Source: Octopus vulgaris (Eukaryota). Taken from it: 64,000 nt of DNA. Positions 14,927 to 27,700 of the stretch are shown here, one piece after another (position 1 is the first letter of the stretch; each line of letters opens with the position of its first letter). The stretch is from assembly GCA_951406725.2 (NCBI GenBank), contig OX597822.1, positions 104,904,001 to 104,968,000 on the forward strand, given 5' to 3'. The notes beneath the pieces are model-generated. The model was not told the DNA's origin. It did no database searches and saw only the letters and a list, made by a program, of their open reading frames with translations. The position numbers and the translations under genes are program-made.

Positions 14927-15531
14927 GGCGGTGAGCTGGCAGAAACGTTAACACGCCGGGCGAAGGAAATGCTTAGCGGTATTTTGTCTGCCTCTGCGTT
15001 CTGAGTTCAAATTCCACCGAGGTCGACTTTGCCTTTCATCCTTTCGGGGTCGATTAAATAAGTACCAGTTACGCACTGGGGTCGATATAATCGACTTAAT
15101 CCGTTTGTCCGTCCTTGTTTGTCCTCTCTGTGTTTAGCCCCTTGTGGGTAATAAAGAAATAGGTATTTTGTCTGCCTCTGCGTTCTGAGTTCAAATTCCA
15201 CCGAGGTCGACTTTGCCTTTCATCCTTTCGGGGTCGATTAAATAAGTACCAGTTACGCACTGGGGTCGATATAATCGACTTAATCCGTTCGTCTGTCCTT
15301 GTTTGTCCTCTCTGTGTTTAGCCCCTTGTGGGTAATAAAGAAATAGGTATTTTGTCTGCCTCTGCGTTCTGAGTTCAAATTCCACCGAGGTCGACTTTGC
15401 CTTTCATCCTTTCGGGGTCGATTAAATAAGTACCAGTTACGCACTGGGGTCGATATAATCGACTTAATCCGTTCGTCTGTCCTTGTTTGTCCTCTCTGTG
15501 TTTAGCCCCTTGTGGGTAGTAAAGAAATAGG
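14927..15531 (+). mobile_element. SINE family A with three tandem 184 bp body units
   Basis: One head, then units starting at about 14978, 15162 and 15346. Confidence 0.9.
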
Positions 15532-15789
15532 ATACTATGGCGTCTCTGAGTCTTTAGACGGTCGTCTAAGACAAGCCAGTGAATGAGTTTCTGTGTGACT
15601 GCTCGAATTCTAGAAATAGTAATCTAATCTCACTCAAACCTCATTCATGTGTAGAGTAGGATTTTAATTTTATAGTTCTTTTACAGTCACTGGACTACGG
15701 CCCTGCTGAGACACAGCTTTGAAAGGCTTAGTTGAACTAATTAATCAATTTTTTGTCAGAATTGTAGTATTTAGATCAGGTAAAATACT

Positions 15790-15968
15790 TAAATCTTGGT
15801 TCTCAACTACATGGTTCCAGGTTCAGTACCTCTGCGTGGCATCTTCGTCAAGTGTCTTCTACTATAGCATCATCCGACAAAGCCTTGTGAAAGGATCTGG
15901 TAGACGGAGACTGAAAGAAGCCTGTCGTATATATAATTTACACACACACACACACACACGTATGTATG

Positions 15969-16002
<34 letters not shown>

Positions 16003-16225
16003 TGTATGTATGTATATATGTATGTGCCTTTGTATCTGTTGACAACCAGTTTTTGAATGTTTACGTCCCGGTTACTTAACGGTATGTTTACATAGCTGTT
16101 TGGCAAGAGACCGATATAATAAGTACCAGGCTTTACAAGACGTCCTGGAGGTCGATTCGTTCGACTGTAACCCTTGAAAGCAGTGCCCCAGCATGGCCAC
16201 TATCAAAAGTAAAAAAAAGATAAAA
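15790..16225 (+). mobile_element. Diverged SINE family C
   Basis: About 70-75% similar by eye to the 19908 copy, including the internal microsatellite. Confidence 0.7.
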
Positions 16226-16373
16226 GAGAAACAAAGAAGACAACACTAAACAGGTTCCAGTCCTACTGACCATTCTTGCTAAAAGAAAGGAAAAAAGGGT
16301 GAAAGAAGTACTAAGTACACGTACGAGACTATTCGGAGGTCAATGATGACGAAGAGAAACTGGGGAGGCAGTA

Positions 16374-16721
16374 AAAGGGTAAAGACGCCCTTCGGTCATG
16401 AGTGACCATGGGTTTGCACCTAGAGAGTTACCCTCTGAGGCACAAGTCTGGGCAAGGTTTTTTTTATGGAAGACCAGTAGTCGCCCATGCATACCGGCCT
16501 TCCCTCTCCACGCCACCAGTGTTATCCAAGGGAAAGACAAAGGTCGATACAGCTTGGCACCTGTGACGTCGCCACTCATTTCTACAGCTGAGTGAACTGG
16601 AGCAACGTGAAATAAAGTGTCTTGCTCAAGAACACAACACGCAGCCCGGTCCGGGATTCGAAGCTCACAACCTCACGATCGTAAGCGCGACGCTCTAACC
16701 ACTGAGTCATGCGCCTTCACA
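16374..16721 (-). mobile_element. CORE-type tRNA SINE with 13 bp TSD
   Basis: TSD tggggaggcagta at 16361-16373 and 16722-16734; tRNA head and CORE-like domain. Confidence 0.9.
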
Positions 16722-16964
16722 TGGGGAGGCAGTATAGAGGTAATAAAACTTTCAATCATCGCGTATACAGCCATGTCAGAATAGTAAAGCAGGAATTTAT
16801 AAGAATGCGCAAAGGGCATTGACAAAGTTTGGAATTAAAATACGGATAAAGGTGCTTGACAGTAAGCTGTCATTCGCCAGCAAGAATTAGCCACGAAATC
16901 CTTGTTTCTTTCCGTTTTTAAATTTTTACTGCAGCTAAAATCAACTCGGAACTATGGTAAACTT

Positions 16965-17008
<44 letters not shown>

Positions 17009-17031
17009 TCACCACCACCACCACCACCACC

Positions 17032-17089
<58 letters not shown>

Positions 17090-17251
17090 TTTTTGCTGCT
17101 GCCACTACTACTGCTACTATTGTTACTATGAATACTACTACTACTATTATTGCTGCTGACACTACTACTACTAATGCTACTACTACTGCTGCTCCTGCGG
17201 CTGCTGGGACTACCATTGCTGCTGTTGCTACTATTACTGTTACTGCTGCTG

Positions 17252-17284
<33 letters not shown>

Positions 17285-17290
17285 ATACTT
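16965..17290. repeat. (TAC)n/(CAC)n/(TGC)n trinucleotide repeat
   Basis: Direct reading. Confidence 0.95.
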
Positions 17291-17426
17291 GAAAATTATT
17301 ATGATGATAATAATGAGAATTATTTCAAAGATGTTGGCACAAGGTCAGCAATTCGAGGGTTGGTGTTTCAGTCGATACCGTTTACAAGTCATTTGTTACT
17401 GTTTATAGACCTTTCACAATTCGAAA

Positions 17427-17939
17427 TCTATATATATAAAACTGTAGTTGTGTGAGTGTCTGTCCCCTTCGATTTAGATTCCTAACTACTCCCACATTTC
17501 GCGGTGCAGTTTAACCAAATTCGGGTATCTTATTGTCGTGATTCATATCGAGCCCTTCTGGGTATTAGCGCGCCTCTACGATGAGTCTACGATTTTAAAA
17601 ATAATTTAACATAGTTTTTTATTCCATTTTAATGCATAATTTGTCGTGTGTCGATGACGGCGGAGTTGGCGTCCATGGTCACACCCGCACCTGTTTGCTT
17701 CTCCCCCTTCTTCCCTCCCTCGTGAAGCTGTGGGGAAGGGAGTGTAAGGAAATCAACGTCATAAAGCGTTGTCAAGGAGACCAGCGTTCTTTTAGAACAA
17801 CGACTCCATGGCTTGAAGACACCAAAACAGAAATGGCTAAGAAAGCCCGAATTGGCATCTATAAGGGAAGTAACTCTCTAAAAATGCTTATATAGTTATT
17901 TCCCTTACAAACCCGAGCAACGCCGGGCGATACTGCTAG
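17427..17939 (+). mobile_element. Helitron H1 with an extra ~230 bp internal segment
   Basis: A|TC...CTAG|T and 3' hairpin; segment ~17640-17865 is absent from the other copies. Confidence 0.9.
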
Positions 17940-19108
17940 TATTAAATAATATGACAATAACTGGTTAACGACTTAAGGCTATGTATACGGTCCCCTACAT
18001 TGCATAAGAATTATGTAGAAACATTACATTATGATTTAGTCAGGGAAAGAAGTGCGTTACCCATGATCTTTTTTCTTTTTCAGGGTTTCGTAGATAGTTT
18101 GATAGAAAATAGATTCGTATGCCTGCAGCAGAGTTATTCCTACTGAAAGCATATAATGACGAGATACTTTTGTTCAGTTGGTTTGTGGATTAAATACATC
18201 CTCGAAAATTAAGCTACCACCCCGGTCTCTATATACTGTTTTAGCTCGTATCACAGTGTAGCAAACAAAAGCTGCGACTTATGCAATCCTTTCAGCTAAA
18301 TCGTTTTATTTTCCCACTCATGCAAAAGAAATCTCAAATTTCTATTGAAATTAATTTGGTGTATCAGACATTCCTTTGTATCTCTGATCGTCAAGGATTA
18401 AGTAATTAACGCTAGTTGCTGTTATTGTTATTGTGCAATGATCTAAATAAATATTTGTCCACGCTTATACTCCATGTATGATAAAGCTGGTGGTATGGGT
18501 AGTATCGTTATTATGAAGAAAATTTAGTCGTAATCTCATGACAAATATATTATACAACCCTAACATCAAAAGTACTGCATTTCGATTAGGATGACATGTT
18601 GTAGTCGATGTTTTTGTATACTTCTAAGATGGCGTTTGAGAAATAGTGAACCAGACTGAATTTAATGCCCAACATTTCAGCGGTGAAATCCTGCTCAGAG
18701 CAACGTTGCTTTTGTTAGGAGTCCGTAAAATAACTGATGATAGTAATAAAGTTAGGTTTAATCAATTTAATATATTCGTCTTCAAAGTAAATACTAGTAT
18801 TGCTTTTAAGACAAAAATCAATAGTTCAGACATTTCTACTGAGTGCAGTCAGAGTGAGATGCAGCATAGCTGTGTAGTTAAGAAACTTGATTAACAACCA
18901 TTTCGTTCAAGGTGTAATGCCTCGAAACGCTGCAATTTACGATATTCTCAGACTGATCAATATGTTTTTATTGCTTTGACTTGGACAAAGATGCTGGGGC
19001 CATGGTCTGCTGAGACAGATGCCGTTTAACGTTAATCATTCCCGATTTACTCAAACTGATGCTACCGATGCATGGAACACCATGGACTACAATAGAGACA
19101 CAGTAAAA

Positions 19109-19477
19109 TCTATCTATATATATACAAACGGCAAAATGTCTGTGTGTGTGTCCTTTATACAAATCCACAATTTTTCAGTTAGAGAGCTGGCACTTTCTAT
19201 GGTCATTTAAAACTGTCCAAGGGTGGTCGTGCATATCTTTACATTTTCCCAGTCACCGCGCAAATTCATTAAAGGATCAATAGAAGTGACTTTTTGTGAA
19301 TTTTCTATCCCAAAACCCAATCAAAATGCCCGAAACTTGATACGCCAATTGAATGCTAGCTAGCTGTATGTGATTGGTCGGAGATTTTGGACAGTACTCG
19401 CGTGTATGTGCGCACGCGCATAGCTGTATATGCATGCACTAACACTACGACCCGGCAGTGCTGGGTCATAGTGCTAG
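19109..19477 (+). mobile_element. Non-autonomous Helitron (family H2)
   Basis: 5' TC(TA)n, long 3' hairpin cactacgacccggcagtgctgggtcatagtg, then CTAG. Confidence 0.8.
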
Positions 19478-19740
19478 TCTTTATATATAAAAGTGAAGTT
19501 GTGTGTCTGTCTCCTACGATTTAGATTCCTAACTACTCCCACATTTTGCGCTGCAGTTTAACCAAAAGCGGGTATCTTATAGTCATGATTCATATCGGGC
19601 CCTTCTGGGTATTAGCGCGTGTCTACGATGAGTCTACGATTTTTAAAAAATCTACCATCATTTTCCCCCATTTTTAATCTAAAAATGCTTATATAGTTAT
19701 TTCCCTTACAAACCCGAGCAACACCGGGCGATACTGCTAG
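19478..19740 (+). mobile_element. Short Helitron H1 fused directly behind H2
   Basis: TC...CTAG|T; junction CTAG|TC. Confidence 0.9.
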
Positions 19741-19907
19741 TATATAATAATAGACGATATATAAGTCGACTGGTTGGTGTAATTTTCGTCTCGCTTTACA
19801 AGATATAGGAAGAGGAGAAAGGAGTCAGTAAATGATAAATACAGAGGGCAAGTTGAGTATGCATGTAAGGATGAGTGGAAGGCAATGAGTAAAAGAATTC
19901 TATACAT

Positions 19908-20070
19908 AGGCGCAGGAGTGGCTGCGTGGTAAGTAGCTTGCTAAACAACCACATGGTTCCGGGTTCAGTCCCACTGAGTGGCATCTTGGGCAAGTGTATT
20001 CTGCTATAGCCCCGGGCCGACCAATGCCTTGTGAGTGGATTTGGTAGACAGAAACTGATAGAAGCCTGTC

Positions 20071-20130
<60 letters not shown>

Positions 20131-20352
20131 ATGTGTGTGTCTGTGTTTGTCCCCCTAGCATTGCTTGACCACCGATGCTGGTGTGTTTACGTCCCCGTTA
20201 CTTAGCGGTTCGGCAAAAGAGACTGATAGAATAAGTACTGGGCTTACAAAGAATAAGTCCCGGGGTCGATTTGCTCGACTAAAGGCGGTGCTCCAGCATG
20301 GCCGCAGTCAAATGACTGAAACAAGTAAAAGAGTAAAAGAGAAAGAGTAAAG
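19908..20352 (+). mobile_element. SINE family C
   Basis: Full length, internal (TA)n(TG)n, gtaaaaga tail. Confidence 0.9.
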
Positions 20353-20626
20353 AGAATAGAAACAGTGAGAAGGAAATTGGAGGAGAGAGATTATATGAAT
20401 GAAGAGTTACACTTGGAAATTTTATTCTGAAATAATAATTGCTTTTGATGATTAGCTTTCAATTCATCATTTTCTATAAGTGCCAAAATATTTGAGAAAT
20501 TAAAATTACTATGTCATATTCTACCTTATTCTACTCATAGTCACAAAGTGTACTTGCTGAAATACCCGTCATATGACGGATAACAATCTTGTCCTATTAT
20601 TATTCCCAGAACAGCTGGAGTTCTGT

Positions 20627-20682
<56 letters not shown>

Positions 20683-20686
<4 letters not shown>

Positions 20687-21109
20687 AAACAAAGTTAAAT
20701 GCGATACAATAAAATTAATTATAATCGCCGGTGTACCAGTACACGCCATATATTATTCATATATCATTACATTCAAGGCGAAGAGTGCACTAGATACACA
20801 AAAGCTGGATAAATTTAGTGAGATGAAAATTAAAAACTTTTACAAACTTAGCTTTTCTTATACTGCAGTTTCGCCAAATTCAGTAATAAAAATAATATTT
20901 ATTTACTCAGGCTGGCTCTTCAGTAAGATTCCTGTTAATTATGGGAAGACCATATCAATAGACCCATGTGCGTCTATTGAAATGCTCTTTCTAAACTGTT
21001 CAAAACACTGCGCAGACTCAGAACATACCCGACAAAATAGGGGATTGTGGTATATCGTCTAACGCTCGGAAATTTATCGAGAGAATATGTAAACAAAGTT
21101 AAATGCGAT

Positions 21110-21113
<4 letters not shown>
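20683..21113 (-). mobile_element. (TA)n-flanked retrozyme/PLE-pLTR-like element with ~25 bp terminal direct repeat
   Basis: taaacaaagttaaatgcgatacaat at both ends about 404 bp apart; (TA)n on both sides; contains a hammerhead motif. Confidence 0.7.
20856..20928 (-). ncRNA. Minimal type-I hammerhead ribozyme
   Basis: Minus strand tctta-CTGAAGA-gcca...tggc-GAAA-ctgcag-TA-taaga: perfect core, G10.1-C11.1 pair, palindromic stem III, GUA site. Confidence 0.85.
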
Positions 21114-21162
<49 letters not shown>

Positions 21163-21319
21163 TTATATACGTGTGTGTATGTGTATAGGTGTGTATACAT
21201 AGCTATTGTTTTATATACGTGTGTGTATGTGTGTGTATTCGTGTGTGTACCAACGTCGTCATGTATCGTGCACCTGCAACAGTTTAATGACACTACAATG
21301 GAATTCATCCCGATTAAGC

Positions 21320-21640
21320 GCAAGTTCTCCAGCTGCCTTCCCTCTCTTGTCCTACCAGCTCTTCATATTTTCCATCTATTACGTTCTCTATGATTTATTG
21401 TAGTCTGGCTTCAATGTTATTCAGTAGGGCAGCACCGTCTGCAATTAGATATATACAAGCCATATAATTTGATGCCATCTTCTTAGTGTATTGACTCTCG
21501 CATTATCCACTAATTGTAGATGTCGAGAAAGCATGGACAAAGTGTACCACCCTGACGAACTCCGTTTCGGTTTTCTAACAATTATGTAGTCCCATCATTT
21601 AGTCGAATACCGGACTACAAAAAGGTCTTTGACCGTGCAA
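21320..21640 (-). pseudogene. Decayed RTE-like reverse transcriptase fragment
   Basis: NGVRQGGTLCPCFLDIYN*WIMRE...ADGAALL resembles GVRQG..LSP.LF...DWIM...FADD.AL. Confidence 0.55.
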
Positions 21641-21714
21641 ACTATGCCCACTTGTGGCTATATATAGATAGGTATGTATATAGATATATATATGTATGTA
21701 TATTTATATATATA

Positions 21715-22559
21715 CTAGCAGAATTGCCCGGCGTTGCTCGGGGCTGAATTGCTTGAAAGTACTGTTAATGATTGCACTGAATTATGATGATTATTCAGGC
21801 AAATATTGAAATAAGCTTACGGTGGGAGATAAGGACTTAACGCCAAACGTGTGCCATTGCATTGTTTTGGGGGAACCAAATTTCTGATGAGCATTATAGG
21901 GGCACTAACTTTAAGTTTGAGAAAGTGTGGTGGTAGTCCGGGGTGCTCAAAGGAATTGAGTACCTCTATTGGATAGTTGATGACGTCCTCTGGGTCAGGA
22001 GTTGTATCGATAGACTGATATACATCGACTTCCCCAGGAATGAGTTTTAGCATTTCATCATTAATATGGTGAACAGTTTTATTCCTCGGGGCCAGTATAG
22101 CCTTTTTGCCAATCCAATCCATATTCTGATAATTAGCTTGCAAATCTGGGAACACTGCATCTCTGAGATCAGAAGGCGTCTTAACAATGGTACAAATGGA
22201 ATCGATGGCAATATTACCATTTTCATCCCCTGGTATTTTGCCTTCGCCAAGTGCAAGGAGGGTGTGAGGAAATGCTGGTGATGTGATATTACGTCGCATA
22301 TGAGCACGCATATTGGTGTGAAGTTTGAGAGTTACTTCCGTTTATTTTTAAAATATGCATTAAAATGGAAAAAAATGATGGTAAATTATTTGTAAAATCA
22401 TAGACTCATCGTAGACGCGCGCTAATACCCAGAAGGGCTCGATATGAATCACGACTATAAGATACCCGGTTTTGGTTAAACTGCATCGCAAAATGTGGGA
22501 GTAGTTAGGAATCTAAATCGGAGTAGACAGACACACAACCTTTCTTTTATATATAAATA
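21715..22559 (-). mobile_element. Helitron H1 internal-deletion derivative retaining a helicase fragment
   Basis: 3' CTAG with hairpin at 21715; H1 5' module at 22330-22559. Confidence 0.85.
21817..22325 (-). pseudogene. Helitron RepHel PIF1-like helicase C-terminal fragment
   Basis: LHTNMRA...AILAPRN..V..IN...LNSFEHPGLPPHFLKLKVSAPIMLIRNL...CNGTRL, classic Helitron PIF1 motifs. Confidence 0.92.
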
Positions 22560-22689
22560 CATACATACACACACACATACATACACACACACACACACAC
22601 ACATACATGCATACATACATATACACATAAACCCACACACACATACATACACACACACACACACACATACATGCATACATACATATACA

Positions 22690-23279
22690 CATAAACCGAG
22701 TAAAAAATTTCAGTTATCTCTCTCTTTCACACATTACTCTCTCTGTCTCTTCACACACACTAACAGAAGCACTTCACTTACACAACATACTGTCTGTCTC
22801 CCACACTCCATCAAACACACACACACACACACATGTACATCAATGAGTCCCATGCACGGTAACTTCAAAGGAACTTCCCTCGTCATACAATCGCTTTCTC
22901 TTAGTCTCTTTCGCTCTCATTACTTATGTAAAAAAATAAATGTTTTTTCTATGTGTGTAAAGAGGAAGTGGGAGGCAGAGTGAAAGAATCACTCACTACA
23001 GTAAGTGAATTACTTTCATTTTATTCCTTGCCCACTGTGTGTGTGCGTTTGCGTGTGGTGTAAACCAGACTAAGAAAAGCATTTGACACACACACCAGAA
23101 TGTGAGTTTTCTGTAAATTTTGCTTAATTGGAGTTTAAATTTTAAAAACTGGACCTGGCATGACGGGATGCATTGTACTCTCAAAAATGCTAGGTAAATT
23201 GTAATTGAAGAAATCCTATATTGTAGATTTGTATAACTCCCAAAGGGAGGCAGATAAAATCTGCCTTTTATAATAAGAG

Positions 23280-23280
<1 letters not shown>
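22690..23280 (-). mobile_element. 5' part of another Helitron-like element
   Basis: Minus strand starts A|TCTCTTATTATAAAAGGCAG, a Helitron-type 5' end; no 3' CTAG of its own seen. Confidence 0.5.
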
Positions 23281-23327
<47 letters not shown>

Positions 23328-23761
23328 AGAGAGAGCATTCCTTTGCTCATGCTATGCGCACGCAGACACATAAACACACGCGCGCGCATGTGTATGTGTA
23401 TCTACCTACACCCATCAATATAATAATCTTGTTCCTTTGCCCGTTATACTTTTGTTAGAAAGGTGGAGTAAAAGTGAGAGCAAGGTGGAGAGAACTGTGA
23501 GTAAAAAAAGAAGAGAATATGATAATACACTAAGGGCAAATGCATCGCGTGGTTAGTTGAAAGGAGAGGCGAAGAGTGAGAAAATTGTGAGACAAAAGCG
23601 GGAGAGAAAAGTGTTTTAGAGATGATGTAGGGTGGGGAGGGAAAGGTACAGAGAAAGAAAGGTAAAGACATGAAGAGGGGAATTACATGGTTAATAGTTT
23701 GTTGAAGAGGTAGAGAGAAAGAGAGAGATATATAAAATGCTTAACACTTTATTGTGACTAG

Positions 23762-24151
23762 TGGAGGTGCAATGGCCCAATGGTTAGGGCAGCGGACTCG
23801 CAGTCATAGGATCGCGGTTTTGATTCCCAGACCGGGCGTTGTGAGTGTTTATTGAGCGAAAACACCTAAAAGCTCCACGAGGCTCCGGCAGGGGATGGTG
23901 GCGATCCCTGCTGTACTCTTTCATCACAACTTTCTCTCACTCTTACTTCCTGTTTCTGTTGTACCTGTATTTCAAGGGGCCGGCCTTGTCGCTCTCTGTG
24001 TCACGCCGAATATCCCCGAGAACTACGTTAAGTGTACACGTGTCTGTGGAGTGTTCAGCCACTTACACGTTAATTTCACGAGGAGGCTGTTCCGTTGATT
24101 CGGATCAACCGGAACCCTCATCGTCGTAGCCGACGGAGTGCTTCCATACCA
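23762..24151 (+). mobile_element. SINE family B with 13 bp TSD
   Basis: TSD ttattgtgactag at 23749-23761 and 24152-24164. Confidence 0.9.
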
Positions 24152-24329
24152 TTATTGTGACTAGAAGTGAAATAACAAAATATATATAAAAATAATTCTT
24201 TCTTTCTTAAATAGCTTCTCTTAATCTTTTTCGTTGTGTGCAAATTCCACAGGACTCAAATAGTATATATTAATCACCCTGAGGTTATGCTAGAAGACAT
24301 TTGCTCAATGTTCTGGGCATTGGATTGAA

Positions 24330-24542
24330 GCTGGCAGAAACGTTAGCACGTCGGCGAAATGCTTAGTGGTATTTCGTCTGCCGTTACGTTCTGAGTTCAA
24401 ATTCCGCCGAGGTCGACTTTGCCTTTCATCCTTTCGGGGTCGATAAATAAAGTACCAGTTAGGCACTGGGGTCGATGTAATCAACTTAATCCCTTTGTCT
24501 GTCCACTCCATGTTTGGCCCCTTGTGGGTAGTAAAGAAATAG
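24330..24542 (+). mobile_element. SINE family A
   Basis: Similarity to the other copies. Confidence 0.85.
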
Positions 24543-25353
24543 AATTGAAATGCGAAAGCATATTCTTGAGAAGCGATACGCTTAACCAAGCAGCCATGCA
24601 ACATTGGAATTTTACACTGAATTTCAAAACGTTTATAATAAGAGAGATTCTCATTTAGTTACATCTAACAGGCATTTTGTCAATGTTCTCGCAAAATCTA
24701 GAGTACTACTTCAAATTATTTCTCCATAATTTCTCAAGAATGAATTAATATTTTCCCAACCAGATAGTTACTATCAAAGATATGAAAAAATATTCTATCT
24801 TATGCTTAATGCAGATAAATTATATCTTGAGAAAAAGACGGGGAAAAATAACAACAAAAAAAGCAGCTCTGTTCTTTATCAGTTCAAATATTGATTAGAT
24901 TATATCTTAGACAACAACAAAAAATATAGATATAAAAAAAATATAAATATAAATATATATATACATAAATAATGCGATCAAATCTTAAAGTTCTTTAAAA
25001 ATTACGAAAATATATGTAAAATTTAATAGAATTAAGTTCGTATTTATTTTGTATAATTTACTTTAGAATACTTGAAATCTCTTTGAAGATATTTTTCAAA
25101 GAGATTACTTACATTCGAAGGTAAATAACTATCATAGCGTTCAGAGGATCTCCAGTGAAATCATCATAGAAGACAAAAAAATGTGCCAGTAGCCATACAG
25201 GAAATACTAAGGTAGTAGTCTTTTGTCGAAGCATACCTTAAGACAGGCATCGCGTCTTTCTATCGTATCCAGTTATTAGCGACTTCAAAGACATTGGTAA
25301 ATACGATGTAGTATCGACCTTACTACCTAGGCTATTCATTATTCTCTGTCCAC

Positions 25354-25425
<72 letters not shown>

Positions 25426-25612
25426 TTCAGACATATATATAGATAGATAGATATAGATACAGACATATATATATATATATAGAGAGAGAGAGATACATAG
25501 ATAGACAGATAGATATATATATAGATATTTACATACATGCTTCTATGTATGTGTATACCTATAGATGTTTATATATATATATATATATATAAACATCTAT
25601 AGATACACATAC

Positions 25613-25643
<31 letters not shown>

Positions 25644-25658
25644 GTATGCATGTATATA

Positions 25659-25718
<60 letters not shown>

Positions 25719-26508
25719 TGAATGCATGTATGTATTTTTGTATGTACGCAAGTACGTTTGTCATGGCAGACTCTTTAGAATGGCATTTAAAATGCCTTGC
25801 AGTCGTTGATGCCACTTTCTGCACTTTGATATCAAATCACACCGAGCCAATCTTTGCATTTCAAACTTTGAAGGTGGATATGAAATATACCAATCTATGG
25901 GGTGAATTGACGCAATTGTAAGAATGCCCTTCCAAATGCGATGCGTTATCAAATCTCACCATGGTCTTTGGGTGGAAGTCTTATTAATCTCTCATTTGAA
26001 CACCATCACCTTGGAACTCGGGTGCTTGCAGCAGAATCCATAATGTATCAAGAATTTGGTTGGGAATATCTTACTTCCTCTCAGAACTGCCACTTTAGGT
26101 ATCTTTGAAAAGGCTGGTGAAAACAAAGGAAAAGTTATATCCAAGCCTGAACAGAGCCTGGTACCACGAAACACAATAATATTACTGGAAAGTATCGAAA
26201 TTATGGTGATATCGGTCGTCCACTGATGAGAGATAAGTGACTCCACGTCTGTTTTTCTTTTTCCAGTAAATGTCTTTTTTCAGCACATCAATAAGCGTGT
26301 GTCTGTGATTATATATATAGATAGATATACCTTACACCACCTGCGTTTAACTCCATTTCTTTATTTGTGTATACAAAAACATTTCACTAAACCCTGGAAT
26401 CTACTTTTATAAGTTACTTATGGCAATTTTTTGCTACCTAGATAGCTATTTATTTAATTTTTCCGTGTTATTAGTACACATTCAAAGTATACATACACAG
26501 ACACACAC

Positions 26509-26572
<64 letters not shown>

Positions 26573-26704
26573 TATCTCTGATTCTTTAAATTGTTTCACC
26601 TGCAAAGCTGCGGTCATGCTGGGACAGCACTGTTGACTGAGCGACACCATTATTGGAAACCTGCTCCTATATGTGGCATTTCTGAATGAGGGGATTTGAT
26701 ACTA

Positions 26705-27010
26705 CTACTACCCTCACCTGCGTTTCCTGCCGTGAAGCAGGCTCATCTGGAACCCTTCACAGTAGGAGACCCAGTTGTGTTTGAAGAAACTTATATCCAC
26801 ACCATGCGGTTCTCTCGGACATTTTGGAAGGATATTGGGGAACTGTTGGGCCTTGAAACCCAAGCTGTTGCAGTATCTAGTCCTGTATTTTGATGGAGAT
26901 GTTGGTATCTGTGGCATTTTTCAGTAGCGCCTTGTTCTGCTGTTCGGGTAACTTTCAGTGCCAAAGTTCGGTACAACGCCTTCCACGATTTTCCAGACGT
27001 ATATCACCGC
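26705..27010 (-). pseudogene. Possible decayed CRE-like (RLE endonuclease) non-LTR C-terminus
   Basis: TLA...AEQGATEKCHRYQHL...KFL..QLG...QMSL...GNA resembles 'A..AE..K..KY..L...L..LG...QRLS..VQRGNA'; needs frameshifts. Confidence 0.35.
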
Positions 27011-27216
27011 ATATATTTTCCGCCTTCGTTCTAAGGAGAAGAGTTTTGATTCTTTCCGTCTTTCCCATCAGCTGACATGTTGCATTGAGACGGTTTTCTG
27101 CGTGTAACTTCCTTGGAATGCTTTGAATTTCCCCATTAATTTTATATTGACATGTATACATACATACACACACACACACATACATACATACATACACACA
27201 CACATACATACATACA

Positions 27217-27253
<37 letters not shown>

Positions 27254-27386
27254 ATATATATATATATACATACATACACACACACACATTTATATATATA
27301 TATATATATATATAATATTAGGGAATAAATCCAAATTTACAGGGAAAAATCAGATTTAGGATTGAATCCAATTTTATAGTAAAATA

Positions 27387-27580
27387 TTATATAATATTAA
27401 TTAGAGACAAAACCACTATTATGCAAATCAAACAAAGAAAGACTTAATCCAATACATAAAATTTATATAAATTAAATAAAATTTAATTTTATTTAATTTA
27501 TATAAATTTTTTTATGTATTGGATTAAGTCTTTCTTTGATTTGCATAATAGTGGTTTTGTCTCTAATTAATATTATATAA
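27387..27580. repeat. Near loop-less palindrome (~97 bp arms) inside a (TA)n-flanked island
   Basis: Arms 27387-27483 and 27485-27580 with two small indels. Confidence 0.92.
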
Positions 27581-27651
27581 ATATATATATATATATAGGT
27601 ATGTGCCACTCTGTTACTTCTGATAAATATTAATTCGTATATGAGTATATA

Positions 27652-27700
<49 letters not shown>

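Noticed and set aside
14978-15531. Regular 184 bp repeats resembling a CRISPR-like array or duplicated small genes
   Set aside because: No unique spacers; the units are SINE bodies in eukaryotic DNA
16902-17455. Thr-rich mucin-like or poly-Leu signal-like ORFs
   Set aside because: Trinucleotide microsatellite that is open in several frames; no splice or domain evidence
18070-18185. Polypyrimidine-CAG acceptor suggesting a host exon
   Set aside because: Stop codon in the obvious frame, weak donor and no recognisable protein similarity
25830-26130. QEFGWEYL / NLWGEL resembling mariner or Tc1 C-terminal motifs
   Set aside because: Too short, and the YSPDLAP/SPDLNP motif is absent
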